From Squalus acanthias (Eukaryota): a stretch of 64,000 nucleotides of DNA. Position 1 is the first letter of the stretch, and each line of letters starts with the position of its first letter. This document shows positions 60,050 through 64,000 of the stretch, in pieces. The notes beneath the pieces are model-generated. The model saw only the letters and a program-made list of their open reading frames with translations. It searched no databases and was not told where the DNA came from. The DNA lies in assembly GCA_030390025.1 (NCBI GenBank), contig CM059443.1, forward strand, positions 55,490,001 through 55,554,000, written 5' to 3'. Position numbers and translations under genes: made by a program.

Positions 60050-60740
60050 TTATTATTCACTTATGGGATCTGGGCGTCGCTGGCAAGGCCGGCATTTATT
60101 GCCCATCCCTAATTGCCCTTGAGAAGGTGGTGGTGAGCCGCCTTCTTGAACCGCTGCAGTCCGTGTGGTGAAGGTGCCCCCACAGTGCTGTTAGGGAGGG
60201 AGTTCCAGGATTTTGACCCAGCGACGATGAAGGATCGGCCGATATACTTCTAAGTCAGGATGGTGTGTGACTTGGAGGGGAACTTGGAGGTGGTGGTGTT
60301 CCCATGCGCCTGCTGCCCTTGTCCTTTGAGGTGGTAGAGGTCGCGGGTTTGGGAGGTGCTGCTGAAGAAGCCTTGGCGAGTTGCTGCAGTGCATCTTGTA
60401 GAGGGTACACACTGCAACCACGGTACGCCGGTGGTGGAGGGAGTGGATGTTTAAGGTGGTGGATGGGGTGCCAATCAAACGGGCTGCTTTGTCCTGGATG
60501 GTGTCGAGCTTCTTGAGTGTTGTTGGAGTGGCACTCATCTAGGCAAGTGGAGAATATTCCATCACACTCCTTACTTGTGCCTTGTAGATGGTAGAAAGGC
60601 TTTGGGGAGTCAGGAGGTGAGACACTCGCCGCGGAATACATAGCCTCTGACCTGCTCTTGTTGCCACAGTATTTATGTGGCTGGTCCAGTTAAGTTTCTG
60701 GTCAATGGTGACCCCCAGGATGTTGATGGTGGGGGATTCG
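60050..60740 (-). mobile_element. Second CR1-group LINE family, 3' end
   Basis: Near-identical to 14100-14790. Confidence 0.87.
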
Positions 60741-61441
60741 CTGCCTACATAACAACAGTGATTACTTCAACAGGAGTCCAATGGTTACAAAATGCTTTGG
60801 GATGTGATAAGCTGCTCCAGAAATGCAAGTTCTTTCTTGCAATCAATTTATAATTACATATCTTAGTTGACTGATTACTGACATTGCTGGTTGTCTCCCA
60901 TTCACAATTCTCTGAAGGGCACTGAGTCAAACAGACCAGAAAGTGAAGTTCTCACCTCATGTACTGCATGGAATTGGTTTTGCATGTAATGGCTTCCAAA
61001 GCTGAGTGGCCTAATCGACATCTGTTACCAGACTTTAATGGTGCAACTCTCACTGAATGAAGTTTGTAATACTTCTCATCCCTTTTGGAATGCAACACCA
61101 ATAGTTTCTCCCCCCCACCCCCCCCACCACCAAAGTGTTTTACAGCGTCACTTGTCCTATATTTCCTAACGCTTTCAATCTGTGCAGACTGCTGCATAAT
61201 TACTCAGAATGGTTGCTTCCAGACTTCAGCGGGAGGGTTCCTGCTGGCGGGGGATGGAACTAGATTGTGTATTTACAACACATTTTAAATACCGCGAATG
61301 ATAGAGCGTTGCGTGCTGAGATTCAGCGAGTTTTGCTTTTATTAAATTCGAAGGAATGAATGAATGAATGAATGCGTGCGCACGCACTGAAATGGAGACC
61401 ATGCATCATTTTCTATTTATGCCTTCAGTTCTTCACTCAAT

Positions 61442-62188
61442 GGGCTGGATTTTGTCTTGGGGTCGGGTTGGGGTCGTGTCCTCCACATTTCGTGTTTCCC
61501 CCACGACTCCAGATTAATGTGGATGAATGATGCAATTTTCACCTAATTGGGCAATTGAGTTCCAGCATGTGGGAACCCATGAACTAATTAGTGGTTTCAG
61601 CCTGAAACCCGCCTCTGATGATGTCATCATTGCTGACTGCCTGCTCTCAGAGATTGTCTGGCTACTGGTGAGAGAGGACCTGCATTGGACCTGGATGCAA
61701 AATTGATATGAGAGAGAGAGAGAGAGAGAATTTTTTTGCATCCAAGTCCTCTCAGCAAAGGCCATGCAGTCTCTGAAGACATTCAATGCAGCAGCATCAG
61801 AAGCGACTTTCAGGCCTAATACTACTACTACCTTCATCACATCTCCGTTGTAATAGTGGACCTGCAGCTCATAGTCAGCTATCCACTTGTGCTCCCGCCA
61901 GGTTTCACTGGAGTGTTTCACACCAGGCGTACTTCACGTCAGAAAAGGGTTAAACTAGCTACAACGATTCAAAATAGCATTACAGACCCAATTTAGGGCT
62001 TGTTAAGGGCTGTAATGGCCTCTCCCGCCTCTTGGAGGCGGGAGAGAGTCGGGAACCCCGCGACCGATTTTGTCAAAATTGCGTGGAGGCGGGATGGAGT
62101 CGGGATAGGGTCGGAAACCCCGACCCCGCAAATTTAACCCCCCACACGCCTCCAAACCCGACTCCATGGGTCATTCAAAATCCAGCCC
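61442..62188. mobile_element. Harbinger-type MITE (family D, TIR similar to the 26324 element)
   Basis: Perfect 13-bp TIR GGGCTGGATTTTG / CAAAATCCAGCCC; flanks AAT/AAA; repeated GGGTCGG/CCCGAC motifs. Confidence 0.8.
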
Positions 62189-62649
62189 AAAGAGTTTTCA
62201 CCAGCGTATTCATTTCCACATACAAATGCAAGCATTTCTAGATGGAAGAAAAGTTGCTTATTTAGAAAGTGTATCCCGCTGCTTTTGTTGGCATTCTCCG
62301 AGATTATTCTTTTTTTCTCCGCTCCTCACTTGAGAACCCTTTTACCTGCAGTATACATCTTCCCGTAGAATTACACAGAGTCGACAGAACATTTTAAATA
62401 CCGAGAATGGTAGAGCGTTGCACGTTGAGATCCAGCAAGTTTCGCTTTATTAAATTCCAATGAATGAATAGCGCTGGAATTATGAACTCAAACGCGGGTT
62501 TTAAAAAAATGAACACCTAGGCCGCAAAAACCTCCAAGCACTGAAAGCCTCTCGGAACAGTCCCAGCGACTATCGGACAATGCTGCTCAGATGATCGAAG
62601 GATGGATGAACCACGGCTGGTGCGTCTTTCCCTTGGCCCAGAGGCACGT

Positions 62650-63230
62650 CATAGAATCATAGAATGATTACAGCCCGTGCCGGCTCTCTGCAAGAGCACT
62701 TCAGCTAATCCCACTTCCTCGCCCTTTCCCCCGTAGCCCTGCAAATTTTTTCCCCTCCGATACTTATCCAATTCCCTTTTGAAAGCTACGATTGAGTCTG
62801 CCTCCACCACCCTTTCAGGCAGTGCATTCCGGATCCTAACCACTCGCTGCGTAAAAAGGTTTTTCCTCATGTCGCCTTTGGTTCTTTGGCCAATCACCTT
62901 AAATCTGTGTCCTCTGGTTCTCGACCCTTCTGCCAATGGGAACAGTTCCTCTCTATCTATTCTGTCTAGACCCCTCATGATTTTGAACTCCTCTATCAAA
63001 TCTCCTCTCAACCTTCTCTGCTCCAAGGAGAACAACCCCAACTTCTCCAGTCTATCCACGTAACTGAAGTCCCTTATCCCTGGAATCATTCTCGTAAATC
63101 TTTTCTGCACCCTCTCTAAGGCCTTCACATCCTTCCTAAAGTGCGGTGCCCAGAAGTGGACACAATACTCCAGTTGAGGCCGAACCAGTGTTTAATAAAG
63201 GTTCATCATAACTTCCTTGCTTTTGTACCT
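62650..63230 (-). mobile_element. CR1 3' portion
   Basis: ORF 62649-63128; (CATAGAAT)n tail. Confidence 0.92.
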
Positions 63231-64000
63231 CTATTTATGTCCTATCCTGGTGATATGGCTTGAGCCAGAGTGGAGTCTTGACACGGAGATACCGCCTAGG
63301 CTTGGCTGCCTTTGGACTGTGTACTAAGCAAAGTCAATTTACAAATTGATAATCTGAAGACACAGATCAAGAACCAGAGAACAAACTGTCTCACTTGTTG
63401 GTGACTATGTTAATTATTTGGTATTTATTATTTAAATCCATCAGTGCAAAATGTAAATATTCCAAAGTCACAAATCTAAGTTAGTCACTAACAAATCCAA
63501 GAGGGAATTCAGGAGAAACTTCTTTACCCAGCAAGTGGTGAGAATGTGGAATTCGCTACCACAGTGAGTGGTTGAGACGAATGTATTTAAGGGGAAGCCA
63601 GATGAACCCACTAGGGATAAAGGAATAGAAGGTTATGCTGATAGGTTCAGATGATGAGGGGGTGAGGCTTGAGTGGAGCATAAACGCCGTCAGAGACCAG
63701 TTGGGCTGAATGGCCTGTTTCTGTGCTGTAGACTCGATGTAATGCTTGTGTGAGTAGCACCAGAAGGCCATGCAAGAGGAGGATTGATTCTATTAGGGAA
63801 ACAGCAGATGGAGGACAGTGAATGGCCAGGTGCCGAGCTATCATGAGACCTCAGTGATGGCAGCCGTAGGCCGAAACTGGCCAAGCAACGGTGGTGTCCC
63901 GATCCATAAGGATGAGAGTTCCAGCGCCGCGTCTAGACCGGCTGCACTTTGATGGTGACAGAGCCACAGCACCCAGATGCAGCCACTGACAACCTCCTGG

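Overview
Vertebrate genomic DNA, most likely from a shark or other elasmobranch; this is inferred from the repeat content (HE1-type V-SINEs, SacSINE1-like Deu-SINEs, many CR1 and L2 LINE fragments). The only host coding sequence I can support is two symmetric phase-1 exons of CD276 (B7-H3) on the + strand: IgV at 11391-11741 and IgC at 13309-13605, arranged as a single V-C pair. I found no signal-peptide exon upstream and no B7-H3-type transmembrane or cytoplasmic exon in the 50 kb downstream. The rest is intronic or intergenic and dense in often nested transposons: several CR1 subfamilies, a second CR1-group LINE, L2, a Tx1 fragment, SINEs, Penelope-like (PLE) termini carrying minimal type I hammerhead ribozymes, about a dozen PIF/Harbinger-type MITEs with 3-bp A/T-rich TSDs, and a 1.7-kb Harbinger deletion derivative with a Myb/SANT remnant. 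The most notable observations are: (i) a nested, TSD-bounded PLE foldback with hammerheads on both strands and compensatory base changes; (ii) MITEs carrying conserved promoter-motif and splice-donor cassettes; (iii) recurrent insertion-site preferences; (iv) candidate terminal exons for a soluble B7-H3. Exon, TIR, TSD and ribozyme coordinates were counted base by base. Boundaries of degenerate repeats are approximate. Repeat family names come from my recognition of the sequences, not from a database search.
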